DNA of 64,000 bases from Capsulimonadaceae bacterium (GCA_965215505.1 OZ244065.1:3584001-3648000); one strand, 5' to 3'; positions 20,701-30,615 are shown, counted from the stretch's first letter. Numbers and translations: made by a program. The notes: generated from the letters alone by a model not told the origin.

Positions 20701-21001
20701 GGAGATCCTCCTGTGCAAAGAGATGGGGGACCGGGCAGGGTTGGCAGGCGGGCTGGAGGGGATGGCGACGGTGCTGCTGGCGCAGGGGGAGACACACCGG
20801 GCGGTGCGCCTGTGGGGGGCGGCCCGGTCGCTGCGGGAGGGCATTGGCGCTCCCCTGCCTCTGGGTGAGCAGGAGGAGTACGACCGGGGGGTGGGTCAGG
20901 CCCGGCTGGCGCAGGGCGCGGACGCCTTTGCCGCCGCCTGGGAGCAGGGCCGGGCCATGACTTTGGAACAGGCGACCGCCCATGCGCTGGGGGGCGAGTA
21001 G
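17792..21001 (+). CDS. AfsR/SARP-like regulator: wHTH-BTAD + NB-ARC ATPase + TPR
   Basis: LFGPMRV...LWPD, BTAD DPWREAAQRGLM, GPGGIGKT, LDNCEH, GIPLAIELAA and tandem TPRs. Confidence 0.88.
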   Translation: MAMTAAKVPPDTPPDTVPVAAAPFTITLFGPMRVLVEGRPLPHMHSRKALWLLALLTLRHGRPVEREWLAGTLWPDADPVQAFASLRPVLSALRQAMGSQGGRLQSPNRHTLCLDLVGAEVDVLAFDRAVASQKPVATEQAVALYLGPLLEGCAEEWVAQERAAREQDFLQALQALAETALRAGDPGGAAGHHRRAITLDPWREAAQRGLMEALSQGGEGNAALDVYQAFVRLLHRDDPRAAPDEATTALYARLRAEARRRAAAPVVIALEDAAVPTVTGYLPHPLTGLVGREDEREEVVERLRRSRLVTLTGPGGIGKTRLALAVAEGAASGFADGVWLVALDALSEGAQVPAQIARVLGVKEETGRTVRDTLTGHLRARRLLLVLDNCEHLLEASAGMAAHLLRECAGLRVLATSREALGITGEVAWALPPLTVPDPAHLPTGGATLLRVLAGYEGVRLFVERAQGVQKLFALTRENALPVAQVCARLEGIPLAIELAATRIRSLTVEQIAARLDDHLALLTGGNRTAQSRQQTLRATLDWSYGLLSVPEQALLERVAVFSGGWTLGAAEAVCSGEGIKAREVLDLLTSLVDKSLVIFKDGFKDGFKDGTDGGRYRLLEMVRQYAAGRLGKGGGADRLQARHRDFFLALAEETEPHLWEADQWAWLRHLEAERDNLRAALAWCEEAAPGAEDEAGLRLAGALWLFWSTHGDFSEGRGHLHRALARPGAQRATAARSRALKWAGKLADRQGDYEAARALHEQSLDIARRLGDKKWIASALGDLNDLAHRQGDVAAARAFYQESRAFYEERLDLYRESGDKRGMAHEMAHLGLLAYNQGDYGSARAFDEECLGLYREMRDATGIVIALNNLGEIAYHQGDHASARAFYEECLNFYQELGAKQGIARQVGNLGFLAHHQGDHGAARALYEQSLDLYRELGDRKSVVGTLNALALVVGDQGDYGLARAFQEEEILLCKEMGDRAGLAGGLEGMATVLLAQGETHRAVRLWGAARSLREGIGAPLPLGEQEEYDRGVGQARLAQGADAFAAAWEQGRAMTLEQATAHALGGE

Positions 21002-21029
21002 ACTTTCAGCCCGCCGCCTCCCCCGCGCC

Positions 21030-21821
21030 CTAGCCCACCCCCTTCGGCGGGTTGCGGCCGATCATCGGGTACTGCTCCAGCTCGACCACTGCGCCGCTGA
21101 CCGGGCCGCCGCCCGGCTCGACGAAGGCCAGGGCGAAGTGGGCGATCTCGTCGGGCGTCAGCAGGCGGCCCGAAGGGGCGCTCGAGGGCGGCAGGCGCTC
21201 CGGCCAGTCGCCGGGCAGGCCCTCGCGGAGCTTCAGGGCGTACTCGCTTTTCGTCAGCACCCAGCCCAGGTTGAAGTGGTTCACCCGGACGCCGTCCGGC
21301 CCGAGGGCGTCGGCTAGGTTGCGGGAGAGGGTCATCAGGGCGCCCTTGCTGACCGCATAGGCGAGCTGGTTCCTTTCGCCGCAGTAGCCGTTGACGCTGC
21401 CGATGTTCAGGACCGCCCCCCGGCCCCGTTTCAGGGACTCCAGCGCGGCCTGGATCAGCAGCAGGGGCGCGCGCGTGTTGACGGCCAGGGTGCGGTCGAA
21501 GACGTCCGCCGTGGTCGAGCCGAGGTCGCTGCGCGTCATCAGGGCGGCGTTGTTGACCAGGATGTCCAGCCCGCCGAACCGCTCCAAAACCGCCCCCACC
21601 AGGCGTGAACACCCCTCCGGGTCGGACAGGTCTTCGATGGTGTAGGCGGCCTCGCCGCCCCGGTCCGTGATGGCCCGGACCACCGGCTCGGCTTCGGACG
21701 CCGACAGCCCGTGGACCATGACCCTGGCACCCTCCGAGGCGAAGCGCACCGCCATCGCCTCGCCGATGCCGGTCGTCGAGCCGGTCACGAGGGCGATCCG
21801 GCCCGCGAGTCTGCCGCTCAT
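21030..21821 (-). CDS. SDR oxidoreductase
   Basis: TGSTTGIG, NNAA and YAVSK motifs. Confidence 0.88.
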   Translation of the reverse strand: MSGRLAGRIALVTGSTTGIGEAMAVRFASEGARVMVHGLSASEAEPVVRAITDRGGEAAYTIEDLSDPEGCSRLVGAVLERFGGLDILVNNAALMTRSDLGSTTADVFDRTLAVNTRAPLLLIQAALESLKRGRGAVLNIGSVNGYCGERNQLAYAVSKGALMTLSRNLADALGPDGVRVNHFNLGWVLTKSEYALKLREGLPGDWPERLPPSSAPSGRLLTPDEIAHFALAFVEPGGGPVSGAVVELEQYPMIGRNPPKGVG

Positions 21822-21896
21822 GTCTGAACCCTCCCTGTCTGAACCCTCCTGGTGGCGATTCTCCCCGCTTTCGCCGCGCGCGGGTATAATGACCGC

Positions 21897-23249
21897 ATGA
21901 ACATCCTCCACGGCGCGCTGCCGCGCCTCCTCGTCTGTGCCTTCGCGCTTGCCGCCGCCGCCGCCCGCGCCGCCGACACGCCGGCCAGCCCCGCGCCGCC
22001 CGCCAATGCGGCCTCGTACCGGCGCGTCGCGGGCGAGGTGGAGACCAACCTCCAGAAGCAGGTGCTGGCGCAGTGGTTCCCGCGCGCCCTGGACCCGGCG
22101 GGCGGCTTCTACCAGAACTACGGCGAGGACTGGACGCGCGGAGCCGCGAACGACAAGGCCATCGTCTACCAGTCGCGCCTGACCTGGGTGGCGGCCCAGG
22201 CCGCCCTGCGCTACCCGGCCCAGGCGGAGGCCTACCGCGCGGACGCCCGGCACGGCCTGGACTTCCTGGCCGGTCCGATGACCGACAAACAGGACGGCGG
22301 GCTGTACTGGGGCCTGGATGACAGGGGCGCACCCGTCCGGGGCGGCGAGAAGCACGCCTACGGCATCTCGTTCGCCATCTACGCCGCCTGCGGCGAGTAT
22401 TCGGCCACGCACGACGCGAAGGCTCTGGATTTCGCCAAGACCGCCTACCGGTGGCTGGACTCGCACGCGCACGACCCGAAGAACGGCGGCTATTACGAGG
22501 CCCTGACGCGGGCGGGCAAGCCGGTCCTGACGATCACCGACGCCGCCCAGCCGAATGACGAGATCGGGACGCGCTACGGCTTCAAGACGATGAACACGCA
22601 CATCCACCTGCTGGAGTCGCTGTCCGCCCTGTACGCGGTCTGGCCGGATGCGGGCCTGCGGGCGCGTCTGGAAGAGATGTTCGCCCTGGTCCGGGACAAG
22701 GTCGCCGTCGAGTCGGTCGGCTGCCTGAACTACCAGTTCACGCCCGAGTGGCAGCCGCTGCCGGACCACGACTCGTTCGGCCACGATGTCGAGACCGCGT
22801 ATCTGCTGACCGAAGCCTCCGCCGTTTTGGGCCGGCCCGAGGATGCCCGGACGTGGGCCTTGGCCCGAGGCATCGTGGACCACGCCCTGGACTTCGGCTT
22901 CGACGCGGATAGCGGCGGCTTCTACGACTCCGGCTCGGTCTTCGGCAGCGCGCCCTACACGACCGACAAGATCTGGTGGGTGCAGGCGGAGGGCCTGAAC
23001 GCCCTGCTGCTGATGCACGCGCGCTACGGCAAAGAAACGCCGCGCTACTGGGCGGCGTTTAATCGCCAGTGGGCGTTCATCCAGAACCATCAGATAGACG
23101 CCGCGCGGGGCGGCTGGTACGCCACCGTCACGCGCGAGGGGGCGGCCTTCCCCGGCCGCGCCAAGAGCGACGGCTGGACGGAGGCGTACCACCAGGGCCG
23201 CGCCCTGCTGAACGTCTCCGCCGACCTGCGTAAGCTGGCGGGGGACTAG
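21897..23249 (+). CDS. AGE family epimerase (cellobiose 2-epimerase-like) with signal peptide
   Basis: KTMNTHIHLLE, SFGHDVE, KIWWVQAE and YHQGR motifs; N-terminal signal peptide. Confidence 0.85.
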   Translation: MNILHGALPRLLVCAFALAAAAARAADTPASPAPPANAASYRRVAGEVETNLQKQVLAQWFPRALDPAGGFYQNYGEDWTRGAANDKAIVYQSRLTWVAAQAALRYPAQAEAYRADARHGLDFLAGPMTDKQDGGLYWGLDDRGAPVRGGEKHAYGISFAIYAACGEYSATHDAKALDFAKTAYRWLDSHAHDPKNGGYYEALTRAGKPVLTITDAAQPNDEIGTRYGFKTMNTHIHLLESLSALYAVWPDAGLRARLEEMFALVRDKVAVESVGCLNYQFTPEWQPLPDHDSFGHDVETAYLLTEASAVLGRPEDARTWALARGIVDHALDFGFDADSGGFYDSGSVFGSAPYTTDKIWWVQAEGLNALLLMHARYGKETPRYWAAFNRQWAFIQNHQIDAARGGWYATVTREGAAFPGRAKSDGWTEAYHQGRALLNVSADLRKLAGD

Positions 23250-24304
23250 GCCCCCAGATACGCCGCCGCCTTCTCGGTGTCCACCTGCCAAATGCACCGC
23301 GATAGGTACGGCTTGAAGCCCAGGGCGTGGTTGATGCCGAGCATCGCCGCGTTCGAGTCGGCATTGCTGGTGCGGACGAACTGCGCCTCGGGCCGCTCCC
23401 GCAGGACGCGGTCCAGCATCGCCGCCTTCAGCCACCGGCCAAGCCCCAGGCCCCGGAAGTCGGGGAAAACGCCCGTCGCGCCCTGGCCCACGACGAGGGG
23501 CCGGTTCGGGTTCCAGAAGACTTCGGTGAAGCCCGCGAACCGGCCCGTCGCGGCCTCGGCGGCATAAAGGCTCCAGCGCTGGGTCCCGGACGCTACCATC
23601 CCCTGCTCCATCTGCCGCAGGTGTTCCGCCGTGAAGTGCATGTCCTCCACATCCAGCTTCTCGCGCGGGGCCGTGTTCATCACCTCGTTCAAAGCGGCGA
23701 TGGCCTCCAATTGGTCCTCGGGGTACGGGCCGTCCCAGAAGCCCAGGGTGAAGCCCGATGCCCGCTCCTGCCCCGCCTCCTGCCACCGCGCGACCAGGCC
23801 CCGGTCCAGGTCGGCCAGCGCGAGCTGGTTGGTGTGGTCTTCCATCCCGCGCTCCGCCCCGACGCGCTCCATGAAGGCCGCCCCGGCGGGGACGCGCTCG
23901 TTGGTGTCGGTCATCATCAGCCGCCGCCCCTCGGCCCGCGCCGCGCCGACGGCCAGCCGCAGCAGCTCGCGCCCGACGCCCCGGCGGCGGTATTCGGGGT
24001 CCACGCTGATCTCGAACTGGGCCAGGTGCCTGTTCTCCTCGGTCTTCAGGAACGAGACGACCAGGCTCGCCAGCATCTCCGCGCCGTCCGCGCTCCACCC
24101 GGCCCAGGGGTACACGGCGACGAACGGCGGGATGTTCCGCAGCCGCGCCATGGTTTCTTCCAGCGGCGTGGGCGGGTCGTCCGGCAGCGTCTCGGCGCGG
24201 GCGCGGTTGAAGTGGCGGTTCAGGGCGGCGTACTCGGCGTCGCTCGCGGCGGCCAGGTCGAACGGGCGGATGGTGACGGGCAGTGCGGCGGGCGTCGTGG
24301 TCAT
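23246..24304 (-). CDS. tandem-domain GNAT N-acetyltransferase
   Basis: VDPEYRRRGVG and TGVFPDFRGLGLG motifs; NAAMLGINHALGF. Confidence 0.85.
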   Translation of the reverse strand: MTTTPAALPVTIRPFDLAAASDAEYAALNRHFNRARAETLPDDPPTPLEETMARLRNIPPFVAVYPWAGWSADGAEMLASLVVSFLKTEENRHLAQFEISVDPEYRRRGVGRELLRLAVGAARAEGRRLMMTDTNERVPAGAAFMERVGAERGMEDHTNQLALADLDRGLVARWQEAGQERASGFTLGFWDGPYPEDQLEAIAALNEVMNTAPREKLDVEDMHFTAEHLRQMEQGMVASGTQRWSLYAAEAATGRFAGFTEVFWNPNRPLVVGQGATGVFPDFRGLGLGRWLKAAMLDRVLRERPEAQFVRTSNADSNAAMLGINHALGFKPYLSRCIWQVDTEKAAAYLGA

Positions 24305-24590
24305 GGGGGCAGGTTCCCTTCGGGCAGTAGGATGGCGTTCAGTTCGCCCGCCGGGGCGGGTTTTCCTGCACACGGGCAGCGGCGTTTCGTTCCAGCCCGG
24401 CGCAGCGGTCCGGCCCTTCAGGGCCGGGACCTAATCCGCGCGTGCCGGGACATGCCGGGCCGGGACCCGCACGCGCGCCGGGACCCACGGCAGGTCCTTT
24501 TTGTCGCCCTCCCCTAGACAGTCCTATCGCGAGTATGATACACTGTGCCTAGCAGACCGCAGCACCCCTGACCGCAAGGAGAATCCAGCA

Positions 24591-25490
24591 ATGCCGACCG
24601 CCATGCTCACCGACGAACAGGTCCAGTCCTTCCGCGAGAACGGCTTCCTCAACTACGGGCGCGTCCTGACCGACGAACAGCTCCAGGCGCTGCGCGAGTC
24701 GCTGGGCCGCGTCCTCTCCGGCGAGAGCGAGGCATCGCCCGAGGCCATGAACAACATCGGCGGCGGCGCGGACTCGGTCGTCACCCAGGTCGTCAACATG
24801 TGGGAGGCCGAACCCGCCTTCCGCGACCACCTCTACAACGAAACCATCGTGCCGATGGCCGCGCAGCTCATGGGCACCGACACCGTCCGCGTCTGGCACG
24901 ACCAGATGCAGCTCAAGCCCGCCCACATCGGCGGGCCGACGATCTGGCACCAAGACCACCCCTACTGGCCCGTCATCCAGCCCGCCGACCTCGTCAGCGC
25001 CTGGGTCGCTTTGGAGGACGCCACGGCGGAGAACGGCGCGATGAGCATGGTCCGCCGCAGCCACCTGTGGGGCCAGTACAACGGCGGCACGGTGGGGATC
25101 AACCCGGACTATTCGCCCGCCCACGACCCCGCCTTCATCCCCGAGGGCGAGACGGTCGAGGTGGTGTCCTGCGAGGTGCCTGCGGGCGGGGTCGTTTTCC
25201 ACCACTGCCGGACCTGGCACGGCGCTCCGGCCAACCACTCGGGCAACCCGCGCCCGGCCATCGCCGTCCACTACATGCCCGGCTGGACCCGGTATGAGCC
25301 GTCGGACCGGACGCACATGGTGGAGCATCACATCCACGTCAAGCCGGGCGAGACACTGGTGGGCGACCACTTCCCGACGGTGATGGAGGCGGGGAAGATG
25401 GAACCCACCCCGGCGCAAGCGCCGACCCTCCCGCCCCTGCTCGCAGGGCCTCGGCAGCGGGTACAACGGGAAGGTGGGGTGAGAAGGTAG
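24591..25490 (+). CDS. phytanoyl-CoA dioxygenase (PhyH) family protein
   Basis: WHQD, SAWVALEDATAENG and HCRTWHG motifs. Confidence 0.87.
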   Translation: MPTAMLTDEQVQSFRENGFLNYGRVLTDEQLQALRESLGRVLSGESEASPEAMNNIGGGADSVVTQVVNMWEAEPAFRDHLYNETIVPMAAQLMGTDTVRVWHDQMQLKPAHIGGPTIWHQDHPYWPVIQPADLVSAWVALEDATAENGAMSMVRRSHLWGQYNGGTVGINPDYSPAHDPAFIPEGETVEVVSCEVPAGGVVFHHCRTWHGAPANHSGNPRPAIAVHYMPGWTRYEPSDRTHMVEHHIHVKPGETLVGDHFPTVMEAGKMEPTPAQAPTLPPLLAGPRQRVQREGGVRR

Positions 25491-25692
25491 TTGAGAGGTT
25501 TGGCGGGGTGATTAGGGGGCAGTACGGTTAAGGGTGCTGTTCGGCCGTGTTCGCGGACCCTTGACAGGGCAGCCCCCCACTCGTCCCACCACACCCCCCG
25601 ATCACCCTCCCAGTCCACCCTCCCGTTGTACCCGCTGCCGAGGCCCTGCGAGCAGGGGCGGGAGGGTCGGCGCTCGCGCCGGGGTGGGTTCC
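25400..25692. repeat. REPIN/MITE-like element with ~78-bp inverted repeats
   Basis: 25400-25477 and 25615-25692 are near-perfect reverse complements. Confidence 0.8.
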
Positions 25693-25715
25693 CGGCACAC
25701 CGAAGAGGCCACCCG

Positions 25716-26516
25716 ATGACTACGACGCCGTTCTCTTACCTCCAAAAGACCTTCGCCCTCGACCAAGTGGGCGAGATGGCCGGGGCTATCCGCGAAGACG
25801 GCTTCGCGCTCGTCCCCGGCGTCCTGTCCGCCGAGGAGGTGGCCGCGCTGCGGGAGGCGACCGACCGGCTCCGGCCCTTCGGGCTGGACCACAGCAGCCC
25901 GGCGGGCGACCACTACAAGTGCGTCTTCAACCGCGAGCGGGTCTTCCTGGACCAGATCGACCGGCCCGGCATCGTGGATCTGGCCGAGAAGACGATGGGC
26001 GACCAGTGCCACATCATCGGCGAAACCGCCTGGCGGTCGCGGCCCGGCCATGACGGCTGGGCACCCCACGCCGACCAGGTCTGGGTGACATTCCCCGAGT
26101 CGAACTTCGGCGACCCCGCGTTCGAGCTGCCGGTCTACGTCTGCACCGCCCACTACTACCTCAGCGACATCCCCACCGAGGCCCACAGCCCGACCTACGT
26201 CATCCCCGGCAGCCACAAGTCGGGGCGGGGCATCGGGTGGGGCGCGGACCCGAACCCGGCCTGGCACGGCAAGACGCTGGAGCCGGTCTTGGTGAAGGCG
26301 GGCGACGTGCTGTTCTTCCGCAGCGAGATCTGGCATTCGGGCAGCAAAAACACCTCGGACACGACGCGCTACCTCCTGCAAGTGCATTACTCGCACCGCT
26401 TCATCAGCCAGAAGTTCTCGCCGTGGCCGTTCCAGTACAACCCGGAGATCCTGGCGGTCGCCAACGAGCGGCAACTGCGTCTACTAGGTAAGCACCCCGA
26501 ATCGAGCTACGGCTGA
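25716..26516 (+). CDS. PhyH family dioxygenase
   Basis: HAD facial-triad motif, IPGSHK and GDVLFFRSEIWHSG. Confidence 0.82.
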   Translation: MTTTPFSYLQKTFALDQVGEMAGAIREDGFALVPGVLSAEEVAALREATDRLRPFGLDHSSPAGDHYKCVFNRERVFLDQIDRPGIVDLAEKTMGDQCHIIGETAWRSRPGHDGWAPHADQVWVTFPESNFGDPAFELPVYVCTAHYYLSDIPTEAHSPTYVIPGSHKSGRGIGWGADPNPAWHGKTLEPVLVKAGDVLFFRSEIWHSGSKNTSDTTRYLLQVHYSHRFISQKFSPWPFQYNPEILAVANERQLRLLGKHPESSYG

Positions 26517-26533
26517 GGCCGATTGGAGACCAA

Positions 26534-27769
26534 ATGACCTCTTTCCGCAAACCAGCAGCCATCGCCGCCGTGATGGCCGCGTTCTCCCTCTGCCTCTGCG
26601 CGGGGCCGGGCCGGGCGGCGGACCCGTTCATCCCCGGCGCGTACCTCTGGACGCAGGCCCATGACGCCGACCTCAAAGGGACGGCGGGGCAGGGCAACGG
26701 CGACTGGGCCGCCTACAAGTCGTGGCTCGGCGTGCCCGCGCTGGCCGTCGAGTCCGACGCGGGGTGGGGGCCGGGCGACTGGTACGATAGCTCGCAGCAC
26801 GTCAACTGGAACGCCCCGTGGGGGACGATGCAGCAGCGGCAGGGGGCGGCCCTCCCGGTCGTCATGCTGGGCATCGCCCAGATGCCCTCGGACCCGAACG
26901 CCAATGACCCGTGGGAGAAGAAGCTGGCCTGGGAGGACAAGACCTGGCAGCTCGAGGCCGACGGCGACCCCGCGACCATGGCCTACTTCGCGACCTACGC
27001 CCAGGAGCTGGACAAAGGCTCGACCGGCTTCGGCGCGTTCAGGAGCGTCATCATCCGCCTGGGCTACGAGTTCGACGGCGGCTGGAACCCCTTCGGCAAC
27101 CTCAACGCCATGTCCAAGATGCCCGGCAACTACATCCAGGCCTGGCGCAACATCGTCAAGACCATGCGCGCCAACGACCCCAAGCACGTCATCAAGGGCT
27201 TCTGCTGGAACCCCACCGACGGGAATGTCCAGATTGACCAGTTCGCCTACTATCCGGGCGACGACTCTGTGGACTACATCGGGTTTGACGAGTACGATTT
27301 CGGCTACAACGGCGACTACAAGGTGACCGCCGAGCAGCCCACCCAGGCCCAGCAGGACGCCGCCTGGAAGGACATGGAGCTGCCCCGCATCAACCGCTTC
27401 GCGGACTTCTCCAGGGCGCACGGCAACAAGCCGGTCGTCGTGGGCGAGTGGGGCCTGTGGCAGCTCAATGACAAGAGCCACCCGAGCGGCGGCGACAACC
27501 CCTCTTACATCCGCCGGATGCACGACTGGATGGCGGACCCCAGGAACCACGTCTATCTGGAGGTCTACTTCGAGACGCCCTCCGACGGCGTCTCCCAGCT
27601 CTGGCCGGGCGGCAGGAACGGGGGCTGGCACCACGGGACGACGTTCCCGAAGTCCGCGGCCCTGTACCGGACGCTGTTCGGCGCGGCCTCCTACGCGCCG
27701 CCGGTCAAGAAGCCGGTCGTCAAAGCCGCGCCGCCGAAGGCCAAACGCGCGAGGGCCAAACGGCGATGA
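26534..27769 (+). CDS. secreted glycoside hydrolase family 26
   Basis: RLGYEFDGGW, YPGDDSVDYIGFD and GEWG motifs; signal peptide. Confidence 0.8.
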   Translation: MTSFRKPAAIAAVMAAFSLCLCAGPGRAADPFIPGAYLWTQAHDADLKGTAGQGNGDWAAYKSWLGVPALAVESDAGWGPGDWYDSSQHVNWNAPWGTMQQRQGAALPVVMLGIAQMPSDPNANDPWEKKLAWEDKTWQLEADGDPATMAYFATYAQELDKGSTGFGAFRSVIIRLGYEFDGGWNPFGNLNAMSKMPGNYIQAWRNIVKTMRANDPKHVIKGFCWNPTDGNVQIDQFAYYPGDDSVDYIGFDEYDFGYNGDYKVTAEQPTQAQQDAAWKDMELPRINRFADFSRAHGNKPVVVGEWGLWQLNDKSHPSGGDNPSYIRRMHDWMADPRNHVYLEVYFETPSDGVSQLWPGGRNGGWHHGTTFPKSAALYRTLFGAASYAPPVKKPVVKAAPPKAKRARAKRR

Positions 27770-29130
27770 CGCATGGAAAGAACTGGCTCCTCCTCGCCGC
27801 CGCCCTCCTGGCCTCCTGCGGGTCCGCGCGGGCACAGGCGCAACTATTGAGCGCAATCCCGCGCAGCATCACGGCGCGGGACTTCGCCGACACCTTCGGC
27901 GTCAACGTCCACTTCGGCGAGAACGGCTACCGGGACGTGCAGGCCGTCGCCGACGCCATGAACCTCATCGGCTTCTCGCGGGTGCGTGGGAGCTGCGTCA
28001 GCGCCTCCGAGGTCGCCGCCTGGAAGGCGCTGGCGGGCAGAGCGCGCCGCCATTTCCCGGCGGGGCTGAAGGCCGACGTCCTCATCGGCGGCTACCTGAA
28101 CGCGCCCGGCGTGACATTGGCGGGCCAGGAAGCGCTCGTCCCCCAGCTCGGCGGCCTGGTCGAGAGCGTGGAAGGGCCAAACGAGATCAACAACTACTCC
28201 GTCGGGCACGGGACGCACGGGCCGGGCGACTTTTCCGACCGGACGGAAAGCTTCGCCGACAACTCCGTGGCGTGGGCCAGGGCGCTGTATGACTGGCGCA
28301 AAAGCACTCCCGCCCTGTCCGGAGTCCGGCTGTTCGGGCCGACCATCGCCAGCGGCGACCCCAAAGACTACGCCGCCCTGCCGGACATTTCCCCCTTTGT
28401 AGATGCCGGCAGCGTCCACTTCTACGCCGGGAACGGCCGCCAGCCTTCCGGCTTCGGCGGGGGCAATTTCGCGGCCATTTACCGCTGGTGCCGGGCATCG
28501 GCCACACCTGGGAAAAGCCTCGCGCTCACCGAATGGGGGCAGACGACGGCGGGCCGGCCCGGACAGGGCGGGTGCGACGAGGCGACGCAGGCGCGGTACG
28601 TCCTGAACCAGATGTTCGATGCGGTGGCAGTCGGCGCGAGCCGGGCCTACTTCTATCAGCTCATGGACGACACCCCGGACGGCGACCCGACCGGCGCGGG
28701 CGGCTCCGAGTCGCATTTCGGGCTGTTCGACTACAAGTGGCGTCCGAAGCCCGCCGCACTGGCGCTCGCGAACGTCAAGACCCTGCTGGCCGACACGTCC
28801 GCCCGCCCCGCGCCCCGTGTCCCGGCGTACCGCGTCAGCGGCGTCACGAGTCCGGGGGCGGCGGGCGACTGCCTCGCGGTCAGCAAAGGCGGCGGCACGG
28901 TCCTCGTCGTCTGGAACGAGCCGCCGATCTGGGACCCTAAGAGCAACCGCACCGTCGCGCCGCCCGCCGACGCGGTGACGGTGGACTTCGGCGGCGTCTA
29001 CTCGTACCAGGTCTATGACCCGCTGCTGGGCGTGAGCGCCATCGCGGCGGGCCGTGGCCCGAGCGTCAGCGTCAACGTCACCGGCTCCCCCATCCTGGTA
29101 CGGATCATCCCGACGAAAGGCTACCAATGA
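27766..29130 (+). CDS. secreted clan GH-A glycoside hydrolase-like protein
   Basis: FGVNVH, EGPNE, TEWG and HFGLF motifs. Confidence 0.65.
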   Translation: MTHGKNWLLLAAALLASCGSARAQAQLLSAIPRSITARDFADTFGVNVHFGENGYRDVQAVADAMNLIGFSRVRGSCVSASEVAAWKALAGRARRHFPAGLKADVLIGGYLNAPGVTLAGQEALVPQLGGLVESVEGPNEINNYSVGHGTHGPGDFSDRTESFADNSVAWARALYDWRKSTPALSGVRLFGPTIASGDPKDYAALPDISPFVDAGSVHFYAGNGRQPSGFGGGNFAAIYRWCRASATPGKSLALTEWGQTTAGRPGQGGCDEATQARYVLNQMFDAVAVGASRAYFYQLMDDTPDGDPTGAGGSESHFGLFDYKWRPKPAALALANVKTLLADTSARPAPRVPAYRVSGVTSPGAAGDCLAVSKGGGTVLVVWNEPPIWDPKSNRTVAPPADAVTVDFGGVYSYQVYDPLLGVSAIAAGRGPSVSVNVTGSPILVRIIPTKGYQ

Positions 29131-30599
29131 CCGACACCGCCACCGACTACCGCGCCCGCGTCATGGGCTGCTGGCTGGGCAAGGCCGTCGGCGGCACCCT
29201 GGGGATGCCGTTTGAGGGGCAGGACGGGCCTCTAGACGTCGCCTTCTACACGCCCGTTCCCACCGAGATGCTGCCCAACGACGACCTGGATTTGCAGGTG
29301 CTGTGGGCCTGCGTCCTGGACCGCCGGGACCCGGTGCGCGTGGACAGACACGTCCTCGCCCGCGCCTGGCGCGACAACTGCGGTTTCCCGTGGGACGAGT
29401 ACGGGGTCGCCAAGCGCAACCTGGCCGAGGGGCTTGCCCCGCCGCTCTCCGGCTCGTTCGACAACTGGTTCACGCGCGGCATGGGCGCGGCCATCCGCTC
29501 CGAGGTCTGGGCCTGCCTCGCCCCCGGTGACCCGGCTCTGGCGGCCAAGTACGCCTACGAAGACGCCTGCGTGGACCACGCGGGCGAGGGCATCTGGGCG
29601 GAGGTCTTCTTCGCCGCCCTGCAAAGCGCCGCCTTCGCCGAGTCCGACCCGGCCGCGCTTCTGGACCAGGCGGAGGACGCCCTGCCCACGACCAGTGAGG
29701 TCCGGCGGGCCGTCCGCAACACCCGGCGCTGGTGGCGCGAGTCGCACGACTGGCGCACGGTCCGCGAGAAGGTCTTGAAGTATCACGGGCACGAGAACTT
29801 CACCGACATCGTGATGAACGTCGCCTTCACCGTGCTGGGCTGGCTCGCCGGGGCGGGCGATTTCGGGCGATCCATTTGCATCGCCAACAACTGCGGCAAG
29901 GACACCGACTGCACGGCGGCGACGGTCGGGGCACTGCTGGGCATTCTGGACCCCGGCGGCATCCCCGAACGCTGGCTGGCCCCCATCGGGCGCGACCTGG
30001 TCCTCAGCCCGGAGATCGTCGGCATCACCGCCCCCGCAACCCTGGACGGGCTGACCGACCTGATCCTCAGCCTGCGGGCGCGGCTGGATGGACGCGCCCC
30101 GGAGCCGCCGGAGGAAGACGGGCCGGGGCTGGTGCCGCCGCCCGGCCTGGTCGTCCAGGTGGGCTGGACGGAGGCCCTGCCAGAACCCGACTCGCCCACA
30201 CCCGACCTGCCGCCGGGACACGCGCCGCTGACCCTGCCGGGGACGTCCGCCACGCTGCCCGCCGATAAGTTCCGGGGGGAGGTCCTGCTGCTGCGCTACA
30301 CGTTCACTCTCGGCCAGGCCGAAAATGCGCGCGTCCTGTTCAACACGCGCGAGGCCTGCCGGGTCTGGGTGGACGGCGTCTACGCCTTCGGGCGCGAGGG
30401 CGGCCTGATGGCCCCCTCCCTGCACCGGGTCCCGCCGGGGCAGGCGGCGAACCTGGCGCTGGATGCCGGGGAACACGTCCTGCTCGCGGCCCTGCGCCGC
30501 CCGGACGGGGGCCGGGCGGCGGCGGAGTGGGTGGCGGCCATCGGGGACGCCCGCACGAACCAGTGGCTCCCCGGCGTCTTCCGCACCGAACGAGAGTAG
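29127..30599 (+). CDS. ADP-ribosylglycohydrolase family protein with C-terminal extension
   Basis: GKAVGGTLGMPFE, NDDLD and GKDTDCTAAT motifs. Confidence 0.85.
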   Translation: MTDTATDYRARVMGCWLGKAVGGTLGMPFEGQDGPLDVAFYTPVPTEMLPNDDLDLQVLWACVLDRRDPVRVDRHVLARAWRDNCGFPWDEYGVAKRNLAEGLAPPLSGSFDNWFTRGMGAAIRSEVWACLAPGDPALAAKYAYEDACVDHAGEGIWAEVFFAALQSAAFAESDPAALLDQAEDALPTTSEVRRAVRNTRRWWRESHDWRTVREKVLKYHGHENFTDIVMNVAFTVLGWLAGAGDFGRSICIANNCGKDTDCTAATVGALLGILDPGGIPERWLAPIGRDLVLSPEIVGITAPATLDGLTDLILSLRARLDGRAPEPPEEDGPGLVPPPGLVVQVGWTEALPEPDSPTPDLPPGHAPLTLPGTSATLPADKFRGEVLLLRYTFTLGQAENARVLFNTREACRVWVDGVYAFGREGGLMAPSLHRVPPGQAANLALDAGEHVLLAALRRPDGGRAAAEWVAAIGDARTNQWLPGVFRTERE

Positions 30600-30615
30600 A
30601 CCCGAGAGTAAACCC

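Noticed and set aside
21030-24098. 1022-aa ORF on the minus strand
   Set aside because: Only the last 263 aa (an SDR) are real; the rest is an antisense or off-frame shadow of the epimerase and GNAT genes in high-GC DNA.
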